Shown piece after piece: positions 1 to 13,360 of a stretch of DNA of 64,000 nucleotides. A program made the translations under genes and the position numbers. The notes below the pieces were generated by a model. It ran no database searches, had not been told where the DNA came from, and saw nothing but the letters and a program-made list of their open reading frames with translations. Source of the stretch: Coniocarpon cinnabarinum (taxonomy: Eukaryota); contig JAVECO010000083.1 of assembly GCA_051942205.1 (NCBI GenBank), positions 1-64,000 of the forward strand, written 5' to 3'. The number at the start of each line of letters is the position of its first letter. Position 1 is the stretch's first letter.

Positions 1-1
1 G

Positions 2-73
2 GCCTGGAAGGATGGGGGGCTGCCCGGGGATCCTGGGGCGTTCTTGGCCCCGGCGAACAAAGAAGAATACTGA
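2..73 (+). CDS. Possible 3' end of a gene entering from the left edge (AWKDGGLPGDPGAFLAPANKEEY*)
   Basis: GC-rich open frame from base 2 to TGA at 71-73; too short to identify. Confidence 0.25.
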   Translation, partial: AWKDGGLPGDPGAFLAPANKEEY

Positions 74-2261
74 AGGGCAGCTGGGCAGCCTGGCAGTGCG
101 CGTGTGCGGCAGCTGACCGCCTGATTGGCAGAATTGGCAGACCGATCCTCATCACGGCGCCGTCGCTGTCCATGTCCGCCGCTAGCTGCTCCTCGCATCC
201 CGCCTAGCCCTCATTCAGTCCTAGTCGCCCAGCTCACCCACGAATACGCCGCATTGCGCCACACCAACCACCTCAGCTCACCTGCTTCGTCACGCTACGC
301 TGGCCGGACCCCGCATCAAAGAGCTCGGATTCTCAATTGCACTCTCCTCCAACGACCTCCGTCACGTTTCTTCAGCTGACTTGCCTCGCTCATCCCAGCG
401 ATGCATGCCAGATTGACAGCCGTGCGCTTGTGTTGAGGCCACATGCTTGTCTGGCAGCACCACCGGCAACAGCGTGCTGTACTCTGCACGCTCTTCTCAT
501 GCGAAAGCTGCACTCGGCCCAGACGTCACGGTACCTTATCTACCCCAACAGCAGTTGTGGCTTGCGGCTAGGCGTCCACGTGCTCTCGACAGCAACCCCA
601 CATTCTGAGTCGGCCCAGGTTAGCATGTGGCATTCCTTTGGCGGCCCTCGCCGACATCGCCGCCTGCGGCCCACCTATCTTCGAAAACTCACCGTCTCCA
701 TCATGTGATACTGGCCATCGTCATGCTATTCAATTTGTAGCACGGTGGATCAGCTGGCGTTTTAAGGAGAGGAATCTTGCCCTTCGCAATTCTCACGTCG
801 AGGCTATGCAACGGACCTCAAGCAACTTCTTGAGCTACCACCACCAAATTGCTGCGTGAGTCTGGTCTACCAAACCAAGACATGTCTGTGTATAAGTTTA
901 CAATGCCTCGCCGCATGGCTTACCACGGCGAGCCAAGGCTCAGGGCGGCACGCGGGAGACAAAAACTCCTACCTTCTCTGCAGACTGATGTAAATATATT
1001 AATTCGTCTATGCGTTGCTCACGATACCTACGACGAGGCTTGAGCTCCTCGTAGAATATTTATGCTGAAACGTAGAAACCTAAGCCAAAGTACTGTATGT
1101 CTAGGTTATATGATACGAAGTGACGGACTCCGAATTTGACAGAGATCCCGGATGAACATCGGGGGCAACAAATGAGACGCAACTACTGAGACACGAATAC
1201 CCGATCCTGCAAGTCCAGGAACACCACATGAAGCCAGATACAGCGTCAACACTTGCCTCCTCATCAAGGGTCTCGTCCAGTGCGTGTTCGTTGAAAATCA
1301 GGCTTATGGCTGCGGAGCGGAGTGCTGTTGCAAGAGATTGTTTAGAGTCGCGGGAGAAGCCTATAGTGCTAGAAAGACGATGGAAGTTAGTAGCAGTAGA
1401 TTTTTGACAGTCTAACGCCTCCAGTGACACCTGCCCTGCATACGAAATGTACTGCGCATGCCACCGACATACCATTGGACATGGGTTCAACATCTAGACC
1501 TGGAAGATCTCAATACCATCGTCAAAGTTTCCTTGTGAGGAGACGATATCGGATCAGATCCGCTGACCCTGCGAGTGCGCGCGCGCTCACCACCTTCTGT
1601 ATCTGGCTGCCGCCGATCGCCGTTCTGCTTAATGCGGCCTTTGCTGCGAGTCATAACGATCAGCAACCTACTCCCACGTTGGGTGTTGGCTTTTCATCCT
1701 GCTAGTGCCGGATGGATATCTTACGTTGAACGTTCCTTTGGCTACAGTATCGACGAATTCTTGAGCTGATTACGCTCTTTGTCGCTCATCGTAATTGCAC
1801 TCCTCCATGAACACGTCACAGGATGAAGGTAAGCTCACACACTTCAGCTACGTATGTAGAGGTCTAGTACCCAAGGACGAATACCGTGGGACTCCAGCAT
1901 GCTTTTCTCCGAGAGCTTCACGCGCTCGCAGGATGACCTTTCGCGGGTCCCAAAGACGCAGTCTCCTCTCATCTCTTGCTCAGCCAGTTCATGACTAACG
2001 CGTGAAATGTCCAGGACCAACCAATCAAGACCTTCCCACTTCACTCAACCGCAGCCAGTCTGTCGGTGCACACACCGCTATCAGCATTTCAAAGAACCGA
2101 AGTGCCGGCAACCTCCTCTCGCTTCAGAATACTACCCACTCCAATTATGACCTCACACGAAAGAGGGCCTCTATACCAGGCCAGTCAGCCTCCTTGCAGG
2201 AGTTCGGGTATGGAAGAGAAGCTGTGCGGAAGATGTGTTGAGCTGACAGTATTGTTTGAGC

Positions 2262-5200
2262 ATGTCTCCTGTTATTCCAGAGCACGAAACGCCTGTCGTT
2301 TCCAAGGGTCTCCGACGAATCAGACAGCAGTCTCCAACGCTGGAGCGGTCTGAAACCTTTCCTCGATCGGCCTCGATGACCTTCACCATCCCGTCAACTC
2401 CTTCCTCACCCGCGCTCTCCAGAGTGACGACTGACGACCCCATGTGGGCAACTGCGGCACCAACCGCTGGTGAAGATCTGACACGCTTCGTCGCCGAATC
2501 TCTTCATTCCTTCTCCTTCGCCAACCAGGCAGATGAAGATTATCACCAGAGGCAGAAAGCCCTGAAACGCTCAATCGACTTTGTTCGCGATATGCCGGGT
2601 TGGACTGAGGGCAATCTTGCAATGGCCAACGCAGGCGCAAAGGCGAGCGGGGATACGGAAATGCAGAAGATGCTGGAAATGATAAGCCGCATGAAGGCGT
2701 CCGGGCAGGAAAAGCAGGCGGGGCAAGACGACGAAGTGCCCGCACCGCTAATGACAGGCCCCGCTCAGATGCAAGACAATCCGTTTGAGAAAAGCTTCAC
2801 CGCACATCAGACGGAAAGCCCCACAGATATTCAGCCTTCAAATCCAGAGGAGACGATCACAGACGAAGATGCGGTTTCTACACCGACACAAGAAACAGTC
2901 GGTGTGCGCGTGCATCCGCCGCCGGATCGAGCTGCGACCTTCACGCCATTCTCAAATACGGGCAAAACCATCCCCAGACACCGTCGCGCATCGTTAAAGC
3001 GAACCTTTACTGACACCCAAGGACTTTCGCTGCAGAACAAGCTTTCAGAGGCGATCACACAACCCTTTAAAGCGATCGAGAGGCGCCACTTAGCCCCCAT
3101 CCAGACTCAAGCAAAAGTTGATGCAGACTTGCCTGTCACTTCTGGCTCGTCTCACCAAATGGCCCGTACGCCTCCAAACACCCAAGCAATATTCACAACA
3201 GCGCCAAGTGAGCCTTGGACTATAACCGCGGCGAACGATCTTGGCTGTCTGATCTTCGGTCTCTCGAAGCAGGAGTTCCGCAAGATGAGTATCTTGGACC
3301 TGTTCAGGGAAGAGAAGCGGCAGTGGCTTGAACTCAGGCTCCAACAGCGATCAGAAGCAGTCACGCCAAGTCCAACAAGATCACGACCCCCATTACGCAA
3401 GACACCAAGCCCACGAATGTCAAATATAGGCAGTGGCATCACGGCTCGCTTGTTGAGTAAGCCACCGTCTCGAGAGACGAGTCGCACGAATCGTCCAACG
3501 CATACAGATGAGCCTGCTGCAGTTGAGAACAAGCCACCAAATCTACCCGCAATTGAAACAAAGATTTCCTCTGATACTGCAAAATTTTCTTCGCAGCTGC
3601 CAAGCTCACGAGGGGTTTTGGTATGTGGCGAAGTGCTCCCTGTGACGAAGCGCGACGGTTCGGCCAGTTCGGCGAGCCTATGGGTGCAAGAAAAGCGCAA
3701 CAACCTGATTTGGGTGCTAGAAGAAGTGGCAGAAGATGTCGCCTTTGTTGATGTCGATGCGATCGGGTGTGTGACCAAGGCCAGTGGCGCATGTGAGGCG
3801 GTTTGGGGCATGGAAAGGGTCAGGCGTGGGATGGACATCACGCGACTGCTTCCTGGCATTCCACGACTGAAAGGCACAAATACGGGCGCTTTAGACTTTG
3901 ATGCGATCTCGATTCTTCGACGATTCACTGCGCGAACGGCCAATGATATTAGCACTCCCGTCACCGTCGATCGAGTCAACAGCGAACAAAACCTGGCTGA
4001 CGCCACGACCACTTTCAGGGTCTCGAGCTTTCCGCACATTGCTGGCATGATGGTGTTGAACTCCAGGACACTCCATATCAACAGCTGCAACACCGTCGTT
4101 GCCGACACATTGTTTGGAAAGGTACCCAATGGGCTGCCTATGAACGATGTCGTTCCAGACTTTGACCAGATGCTTGAGCATCTCGTCGAGGATGAGAAAA
4201 TCCCACTTATTGAGGGTATGGTGATCCCTGAACAATCTTTCCGTCGAGCGCGTGCAATGCTTGCACTGCGTGAAGGCAAGCGTGATGCTGCTGCTGTCTT
4301 TCTGCGACCTGGCGGTCTCCCAGCACTGCATCGTGATGGTGCTGAGATCATGATCGACGTGCAAATGCGCGTTGTCAAGTCTGAAAGCCTTGGCTATGAC
4401 TTGCCGAATCGCACCATGGAAGATGGCCTTCCTGCCTCTCCTTTGAGCACTCCTTCTTCAGAAGTCGTCTACGCTCTTTGGGTAACTTACTCACGTGTGC
4501 TTCACGCAGTCAACCATGGGGTGGGCCCCATCAGTCCTCTCGTTTCACGTCCCGGGACCCCTCCTCACCAGCCATCACCCGTCGACGCTCCAATGTCTCG
4601 CTCGTCTTCCTCCTCAGGCTCCTCAGTCAACGAAGATTCCGACACACCGCCAACTACTCCACACCTTTCCCCTCGTCCAACCAAAAGTACACGACATGCA
4701 CCTCCGCCCGCACCGACTCCACCTCCCTCCACAGTCAGCAAACCTCTCCCGCATCCTGCTTCAGCAGCAACCACCTCTCAAGATGTCCGTGCCCGGCGCT
4801 TAATTTCCGACTACTCCATCCTCGAAGACATGGGCGCAGGCGCCTACGGCCAAGTAAAGCTTGCCCGCCACAAGTCCTCAGGCAACAAGGTAGTGATCAA
4901 ATACGTCACCAAAGCCCGCATTCTGGTAGACACCTGGACGCGCGACCGCCGCTTAGGCACTGTACCCCTCGAGATCCACGTCCTGGACTACCTAGCTCGA
5001 ACTTATTCAGGCTCAGACGGAAACCGGATGTACCATCCAAACATTGTGCAGATGAGTGCATTCTTCGAGGATGACACTAATTATTACATCGAGATGGTGC
5101 CACATGGTTTACCGGGTCTGGACTTGTTTGATTACATCGAGCTGCGAACGGACCTCACGGAGGAAAGCGCTCGCAATATTTTCCGGCAGGTCGCAGAGGC

Positions 5201-5709
5201 GGTCCGCTTTTTGCATATTGAAGCGGGTGTCGTGCATCGCGACATCAAGGATGAGAATGTGATTTTGGACCGGGAGGAGCGCATCCGGCTCGTGGACTTT
5301 GGCAGCTCGAGTTATGTTCGTAACGGGCCGTTTGACGTCTTTGTCGGGACCATTGGTATGTCTCTCTTCTTCCATCACGATCCGCCTTCTTGTTCCTTTT
5401 CCCTATCGGAAGCGCAGAGACTAATCGAGTGTAGATTACGCAGCACCTGAAGTCCTCTCTGGCTCCTCGTACTCCGGCCTCGAGCAGGACGTCTGGGCCA
5501 TGGGTATATTACTTTATACCATTCTCTACAAGGAAAATCCATTCTACAGCATTGACGAGATTATGGATCGCGATCTGAGAGTGCCCGTGGTGCCGGCGGT
5601 GAGCGAGGGTGCGCTGACGCTGGTGAAGGGAATGCTAGAGCGAGACGTGCCGAAACGGATGGGCGTGGAGGAGGTCTGCGGGGATGAGTGGCTGCAAAGC
5701 GATGATTGA
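2262..5709 (+). CDS. PAS-domain serine/threonine protein kinase (Psk1/Psk2-like)
   Basis: Long N-terminal region with PAS-like segments (AIFTT..PWTITAANDLGCLIFG). C-terminal kinase motifs GAGAYGQV, VVIK, HRDIKDEN, DFG and VGTI-DYAAPE, the last joined across intron 5356-5434 (GTATGT..CTAAT..TAG). RILVDTWTRDRRLGTVPLEIHVL is typical of PAS kinases. Further 5' exons are possible (splice-like signals near 1829 and 2208-2249). Confidence 0.92.
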
Positions 5710-7021
5710 GGGAGCCACGTGGCGGTTTAAGGCATGGGCTTGCAGCGTTTGCATTGGGTGGCGTTCTTTCGTTTTACGGCGCTGCGAAAACACACAGAGC
5801 TTTGCATGAGCATTAACATGAGCATGAGGCCATGATGGTGCATAGATATGACAAATCACATTACATTACTAGCTTGACCATCACTTTTAACGATTTGGCC
5901 CTTAACTTGTCATTGTATGCGGCCAAAAGTGTGCGTCTGGCTGCGAATATGCTTCAACGCGTGTCCCGTGAGATGCGCAGATCACTTTCGCATTTCAGAG
6001 CAGAAGTTAAGATGCGGCTGTTTAAGTATGAGACTTGCAGACACACAGCTTGTTGTGCAAAAGTAGCTGTGCAGTGACCATGTTGCAGCAGATGTGCAAA
6101 AAGCGTGGAGAGCTTTACAGCGTGGCTACGTATGAGGTAGTGCTACTCATGTCATTCAAGATCACGGCTTTGGGGACCTTCCAGCACATGCACTGCACAA
6201 GCTGATTACATGCCAAATCGACTCTTCACCGCCATGAGATGTTGGACGCCGTCCGATTCAACGTGCACACATCACGCTCTCGAGGGTCTTAGCAAGTCGG
6301 AGCTCCCCGCATTGAAGCGATGCAAAAGTACTTTTGCATCAGTGCAGGAGACCTTTGCATTGGACGCGGTCCGATTAGATGTGCTTATACGTCACGTGCG
6401 TCGAGGGCCTTGACAAGGCGTGGCTCGCGAAGCAATATAGAAGCACTTCTACATTCTGGAAGACGAATAGAAAGAGCAGCGCATTTTACATTCTGAATAG
6501 TGTTAATCATCTCAGTCTAAATCGCAGCGTTCGAGGTCCTCGACCACGTCCACCTAGCTATCGACGACTCAATGGGCTGTAGGCTACTGTCATTGCAATT
6601 CGTCTCGGTCGATTCCGAGCAATGATGACTAGTAGTGGCATACATGCCTTCCTTCCTCGACCACCAGCTCCATCATAGCAGCCTGGATCGCGCTGAATCG
6701 TAGTAAGAGTCGTTATTCGTAAGGTGTAATGAAAGAAGTGCAGAGCAAGAGGGTCAATTTAGTGCTTGCACGTGCTCTTGTGGCACATTGCTGGGTGCGC
6801 GTCAATTTGTATCATTGTGATGTCTCGAATGTTGCACCGGAGAAGCTGCTCGAACGAGTTTATTAGATCTCTGGTATGAGATATTAGCTGTAGAGGCTCG
6901 TGCACGCTTGTTGAGCGCTTGGCATAGCTCAGCGGACAGGAGACGCCGCACGGAATCGGTAAGTAAGATGAATGGGGACTCACCCATGAGGCATGAATGC
7001 TGTGCAAAGGCATGCCGACAT

Positions 7022-8455
7022 TCAAGTGGATGGCTTGACCTTTTTGTTCTTGCCATCGAGTTCAGAACAACGGCGTTTCTTCTTCTGCTGGACCATCGCA
7101 GTGTTGTCAGGCTCGGCAGGAGAGTCTTCGTCGTCAGCCGAAGCCCCCTTGCGAAACTTGTCATAATCATCGTAGTCAGGGTTGTCCAAGTCAGCTGATG
7201 TCTGATCGTAGAGCTTGATCTTGCCGGATCCCAGCGACTGACGAATGCCGTAAAATCGGTACTTCTTGTTCATGATGAGGGACATATCCTCCTTCTCCAA
7301 CGAAGTTGAATGATATATTGGCTCATAGTTATGCTTTCTCCACCAGCAATTCTTTTCGTGAGCAAAGCGATTATCAATATTTGTCTTCCATCGAGGGACG
7401 CCACAGTCCCAGCAGAACTGGAACTTGCACATTGGACCTGAAAGCATTAGCATTAGAGACTGTTTGGGAGCGATGCGGCCTTACAGTAGACAAAATCGCA
7501 GCCATAGAGCTTAGTGATCCAAACTCCACAGAAGGGTGCAGGGCACTGCTTGGAAGACCGCAGAATCTTATCAGTAGACGCTTGATGCTTGGTCTGCTTC
7601 TCAGGATCAGCTTCGACACGCTCATGACGCGGCAAACCGCCATCATTATCGATGCATGGTTCTGCAAATGAGCATGTCTTGTCGCACTTTTGACATTTGT
7701 CTGCTGGGCATTTTGGACAGCAGGTGAGGTTCTTAGCGCTTTCATCGCCGCCGCACGGGTCATACCATGCATGGCCGCACGACTTGCATTCACAATAGTC
7801 GGGCATCCTGGCCACTGCGCCTCGAAGCAACGCAGGATCGTAACTATGTGATTGAGTTAGCCGAGATTGCAAAAGCGCATATGCTCACGTACTTGTTGAA
7901 ATACCCAGGGTCAGTAAGCTGCTTGACGGTGTGGTACTCCATAGTACCGTTGCAGTCATAGCATTTGACAGGAATGTTACCTTTGTCGATGCTCGTGTTG
8001 ACTCAGGTCTTGACGCAGCGAAGGCAAGCTTCCATATTATGGGCACAAGATGCGGTGACAGGATCTTTGCGGAATCCGGATAGGTCCAGAGATCGAGCAC
8101 AAAGACGACAGTCGCGCTTGGGTTTTGGGTTGATGTGAGGAATACCAGTATTCGCATCTACCTGAACTTCCTCATAGTGCTTGCGCTTCGAGTCTAGCGT
8201 CACCAACTGTTTCAGTTCTTTTGGCAATATTTTGGTCTTCAGACGATCCTCATGGAGCTTATCAATTATTTTGCCCACTTGAGCTTGGATGATTTCCTTC
8301 GAGTCCTGATGGGCAATTGGCAAATTGATCTTCCAGAAGATCTACTCTTTCAAATTAAACTTTGGCACGACACGTTGATCGTTTTCATTGTCCATTTCAT
8401 TCTCAAGCTTGAGATGCACAGGTGCCGAGGCTGCAGAACCTTGATCGTAACTCAT
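7022..8455 (-). pseudogene. RBR (RING-IBR-RING) E3 ubiquitin ligase-like gene interrupted by in-frame stop codon(s)
   Basis: RING1 CRLC..CAH..CLRC..CYDC, IBR-like CKSCGH..CPKC..CQKC, RING2 CPAPFCG..GCDFVYCPMCKFQFCWDC. Clean introns at 7844-7892 and 7438-7484. In-frame TGA at 8003-8005 and TAG at 8342-8344. Confidence 0.75.
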
Positions 8456-8798
8456 TGTAGATGGTTGTGTCAATGAAAATGGTCAAAGGGAAGTTGAAGA
8501 TCGATGGCGATCAAGCTTATAAAGCTATGCTAAGGTCGTAGGGTGAGAGTCTAACTCCAAGCGTGAACACAGTGTGCTTCAGTGATTCATTAGCTGCTAC
8601 TTCACCTGATACAGCTCAAGAAGCTGTCGGTAGCAGCGACTTCTTCACCCGCAAGCTGCGAGCTTAATGCAAACAATAAGACATGCGAGAGCATAAGTCT
8701 TGGACACTCACTCATGTGAAAGCAAGCAGAAGAGTGATGAACCATTACAGAGCTGCAGAAATCATGCCGTTCTCATTGATACTGCAGGCCCTAGTCAC

Positions 8799-11327
8799 TC
8801 ATCTTTTCGCGTCACTCGCCATGTCTGGATCGCCAAACAAAAAGGCACTGTGACTTTGATCCTTTTTCCGGTTATTAGTCGCCCGTATGTTGATGCGAGC
8901 AGGGAAGTTGTCCGTATGTGATCTGGCTGGTCCCTCGGATCCCTGCCCAAGCATCCACGAAAAAGGTGATTGTTCAAGGGAAGGCCGTGGTGGAGCTGCT
9001 TTCGCAGCTTTAGAAGGCTCTGAATTTACTCCTTCTTGCTCTGCTGTGCTCTGACTAAAGATTTCCTGAGCATTACTCGTTCCTGTATGAGCGTCTTTCT
9101 CCGATTGCCTGCAAGTCTCAGGCAATCGTGTTGGAGATGTTAGTAGCGTGTCTTCAATCTCTGCACCCGCCCAAGCTTGTGGAGGTGAACTAGCAAGGTT
9201 GATAGGTATTTGTGAGGTGTCACGCTGCTCTCCAATATCTGCTGGAGTGCTTGCTGACACGCTTATCTGGCTATTCAAAGACGGTGAAACTGTGTGTTCG
9301 GGTTTCGCTCCTGTCTCGTCCAGGATCGGCAGATCCAAATCCGTCATATACACCTGCACAAGCTGTACCTTAGCAACAGCCATTGTGAAAGCTTCCTCCT
9401 TTGCACGCTCATCCCCAGAAGTATCCACGTCATTCTGCTCTAATTGTTGATGCCGCTTCCAAAGCTCAGTCACTGCATCTTCAAGCATTTGAGCTAGAGT
9501 TTTGTTACGGGCTATCAGCTCGTCAAGACGGCGCTGCAGTTCACCGGACGATGATTGCGACCTTGTGAATATGCTGGTGCTTGAAGCATTCCGGCTGTGC
9601 GTGCGGTCCTGAATATCAGATCGAATTGACTGCACGTTCTTCTGCACGTCGCTCACAGCATCACGGACTGCTTTGCCGAGGCCGAGTCGCTCACCGCCTG
9701 AGTAGACGGATCGAGCAGCATTTTGAACGACAGCTTCAAAGCTGTTGCTCGGCTGATGACCCAATCGTGGGGGCTTGAGCAGATTAGAGGCTACAACGTA
9801 ATTTTCAAGCTGGTCTGTTGATCCTCCAGATTTCAGAGTCGTCTGATGTTCTATGCCTTTCGCAAAGGGTTTAGGGGCTTTACCGGAATACTTTCGCACA
9901 ATTGCACTCCCGTTCTCCGCGTTAAGACCGCTTTTTAAAAGCTTAGCGTCATGGACGAAACTGATTGGGTGTTCTCCGAATGGAAGTGAGGGATAATGCA
10001 AGAGTGCATGAAGCACATCATTCTGATCTGAGTCAATGACTACACACGGTCAGTCAAGATCAATGTAAGGATAGGCAAATCAACATACTTCGCCAATGAA
10101 GTCGAAGAATCATAGCAACGCAAACGAGATCAATGAGATGGGGATCCGCTCCCTGCGCAAAAAGAGCATCCCATAGCTCCATGCACTCGTCAAAACGGAA
10201 TTCTCGACCAAAGAGCAGACGTATCCATGACCTTTGAGGTCAATTAGCTTCACGAGCACAAGCGGCAGGATGAGACTAGAACCTACATCAAAAAGAGTTG
10301 CGGCTGAATTTCCAAGCTGATGAGGTAAGAGCTCAGCTCAGGATCTGATCCGGCAAGACACTCGTTCAGGAGTCTATGCGATCGCACCACAATCTCCGGC
10401 TCAGCATTCAAAGAACGTGAGTATTTGTGGTCTCTGCTAATAGAAGACGTCGCGGCGTATGTGGGCTTAAGGCTTTTCATCAGGCTCGTGAAGAGCATGA
10501 ACGAGTCATGTTCTATGTATGCAGCGTCGAATGTAGTCAGTGCGATCTTGGCAGTTTCGTTGTGGGCAGAACCATCAATGCTGGCCGCACTAATGGCATC
10601 TCTTTCAACAGCCCATAGGAACGGGGCTAATATCTCGTGCATGCCCTGTCTGTAGGATACGTCACTGTTGATCTTGCTCCATACAAAAAGTACATTGAGC
10701 AGCATTTGTCTCGTTTCAGGCTGGCGAAAGTAGAGATTGTCAGGCATGCAGCGCTCGACATCTTGAAGTATTTCTTCCCGAAGCTTTTCATCTCGCTGAT
10801 ACGCTGTGGTACCCGGAGGCTTTCAGATCTTAGTCCCAGGTCAGATCAAGCAGCGAATGCGGCTAGGCCGATAAAGATCTTACGTTAAATCCACTGCTCA
10901 AAGGATCCGAGAAAGAGTCTGTCTCATCCTCTCGAGCTGCAACTAGGTATGTTTCTCGAAGGGTCTTGTACTGAAGGCGCTTGTCCCTCAGCTGTGCAGG
11001 CCAAATTGCGAAGTCCACATGCCCAAATACAAGGCATGCTTTCCAACATGCCGACCGATTGTGACGTGACAGTAAGCCCTCGTGGAGCTCCTCGTCACTG
11101 CCCCTTTGGAGAACGGTTCGCAAGTGGTCGAGGGAGGTGTATTGTTGTAGGAGGGGCCAATGGGAACTGCGCTGGTAAGCTTTAAGCTTGAATAAACGGA
11201 TCGGAAGAGAGCGAATTACAAAGCTTCGGCAGCCGGCCTCATTATCGTCTTCCGCTGTTTTGAAAAGCTGATGCCGCTTTCTCAAGGCCAATGCTCGACA
11301 GCCAACCGCCGAAGGAATGAATCCCAT
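8799..11327 (-). CDS. TBC-domain Rab GTPase-activating protein (TBC1D5-like)
   Basis: RSACWK motif, IxxDVxR arginine finger (QDVERCMPDNLYFRQ), YRQGMHE glutamine finger, IEHDSF, WIRLLFGREF; several introns. The start codon is uncertain. Confidence 0.88.
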
Positions 11328-11668
11328 CGACACACTTGGTTATGTAGGTCTGCGTTGACCAAGCCAACCCTGCCTAGGCGAGGGCGGATCAAGGTTTGAC
11401 CGTTCGCTGAGCTGAACATATTTGCCCCTTCGCGTTGAGAGGTCGACCAAACCACGTTCGTGATATTTTTGAACATGCGCCGCACGATACCTTCAATCGC
11501 ACGGACTGTGCATCGTGATGTCAGGCCCACAAACCCTGGCGCAGCGCAGAACAAGTCATTCGAATGACGCACTGGAACGTCTCGTCAACCATCCGTCTAG
11601 CGACTGCGACCGGACTGGCCTGGTCAGGACTCTACACCTAGCGGGCGGAACAGTAGAGAGCAGTGGAC

Positions 11669-13278
11669 ATGGCTCCCCGAAGAGGCAGACAAAATGATGA
11701 GGCCGCTTTCTCCTTCATCACCATGACGCATCCTAAACAAGGTAAAGACACCAAAGCGAAGAAGCAAATCTTCTCACAAGCTATGAAAAGTCACCTCCAA
11801 AAGGGAGGCTGCACGAAAATTCGCTCATCAACAGGCCGCTGGATTGCAGCGTCCAGCAGCGAATCTGAGGGCCTTGTTAGTAGGCCAGTGGTCTCCCATT
11901 CGGCCCTTGCTTACCCTGCAGATGATACGATTGCCAAACACGGCCACGTCACCTCTCAGATCTGCTATGGATCTGAATGTATTTGTCAGCTTGGCGTGGC
12001 ATTTCCTTGTCATCACGAGCCCGACGCTGTATATCTAAAAGAAATATGTTCAAGTCAACCTGTTGAATATGCCCACAACGGGTGCAAGCCACTTCTTCCT
12101 GTCCCGAACGCGAGTAACGAGTTAGCTGACATGCGAAGTATGGTTCCCGCTCGATAGAGAAACTCCGTAGTGGTGACTTTGAGATAGCATTGAACCCTTC
12201 AGCAAATCACGACCTTGATGAAAGGGCAAACCTGTCTACAACGCCCAAGAAGCTTATAACGTATCTTTGTCTACGGCTTCGGAGAGATCTTGAGGGCTTT
12301 GCCATGACACAACCACCTCATTTGAGACTCAGAAGTCATTTGAATAAAGCTTTGCAGCGTCATATAGACAGCGCAGAGGATGATGACCTTGACACGACAC
12401 TTCCAGCTTTGACTCATATTATGTGGCAAGACCTGTGGCTTGGTGACCTTTCGAACCTTGAGGTGCACTATGATACGGTCAGCGCGATCGTCAAACATCG
12501 AGAGGAGCAATCAGTCTGCAGAACAAGAAATACCAAGGCTGTCATGGCACTTTTGAATCTCCTCCTGCTGGCTGATATATTAACCGAGCAGACACCACGT
12601 TACGAGTTCCGAGATCTGGGTTTCAGCCACGAAATAGCGCGTGTTGCAGATTTGTCGCCCTTCTCCGGACCGAAAACCTCTCCCAGTAGCCAGGTGGAGA
12701 GCCTACGTTGTTCGCCGGGTACTTTTGCCCTCTTGGAAGACGTACGCGAAGTAGTATCTGCAATACTTGACGATGACGCAAATAAGGACCCGGAGAAGCT
12801 TGCAATGGAGCTTCTCGAAGATTGCCTTCAATCTACGAGATCGTCGCTGCCGCTTGTAATGTTTGCAGAGAGACAGCGCATCTCAACGGTAGTGAAGTAT
12901 GCAGCGATTCTATTCTGCACAGCCGTCTCGCGACGAAAGCACCTGTCTCAAGTTGTTGAGCTTGCATCAAGTCTTGCTGGCGTACCAAATATCTTACAAA
13001 CCATACATGACGCACTGTCCTACACGCAACCGAGTCAGTTCTGGGGTTTCGATGACATGTGGACAACTTTCCTATTTGTTGGTCTGGTGCTTCTTCCAAC
13101 AACAGTTCCTGAAAGCTACGCCTACGACTGTGATGAGTTTCAATGGACGATGCGAAGCCTAAGAGCTCCAGTTCTCTCCCCGATACCTGTTCTGCCCGAA
13201 AACCTCCTTGGTCCCTATTTTCAGAACATCCTCACAATGGTTCGCATTCAGAGATGGCTGGCAGACAACCCAACATGA
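11669..13278 (+). CDS. Fungal-specific putative transcription factor (no Zn2Cys6 motif)
   Basis: N-terminal FSFITMTHP..KKQIFSQAMK motif common in this fungal class, followed by a helical domain (HYDTVSAIVKHR..LADIL). Two ORFs (11663-12157, 12190-13278) are presumably joined by intron(s). Confidence 0.5.
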
Positions 13279-13360
13279 GAGCCAAAAGCTTTGATGAATT
13301 CATTCTACTCGCTGGCTTCACAGCATTCCCACAGGCTTATGTGAACAAGACTGGCGCTTC

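Noticed and set aside
3152..4378. 408-aa minus-strand ORF
   Set aside because: Antisense shadow of the PAS kinase coding region, with no recognisable motifs.
8003..8005. Selenocysteine reading of the in-frame TGA
   Set aside because: The position corresponds to an aromatic residue rather than Cys, and Dikarya are not known to have the Sec machinery.
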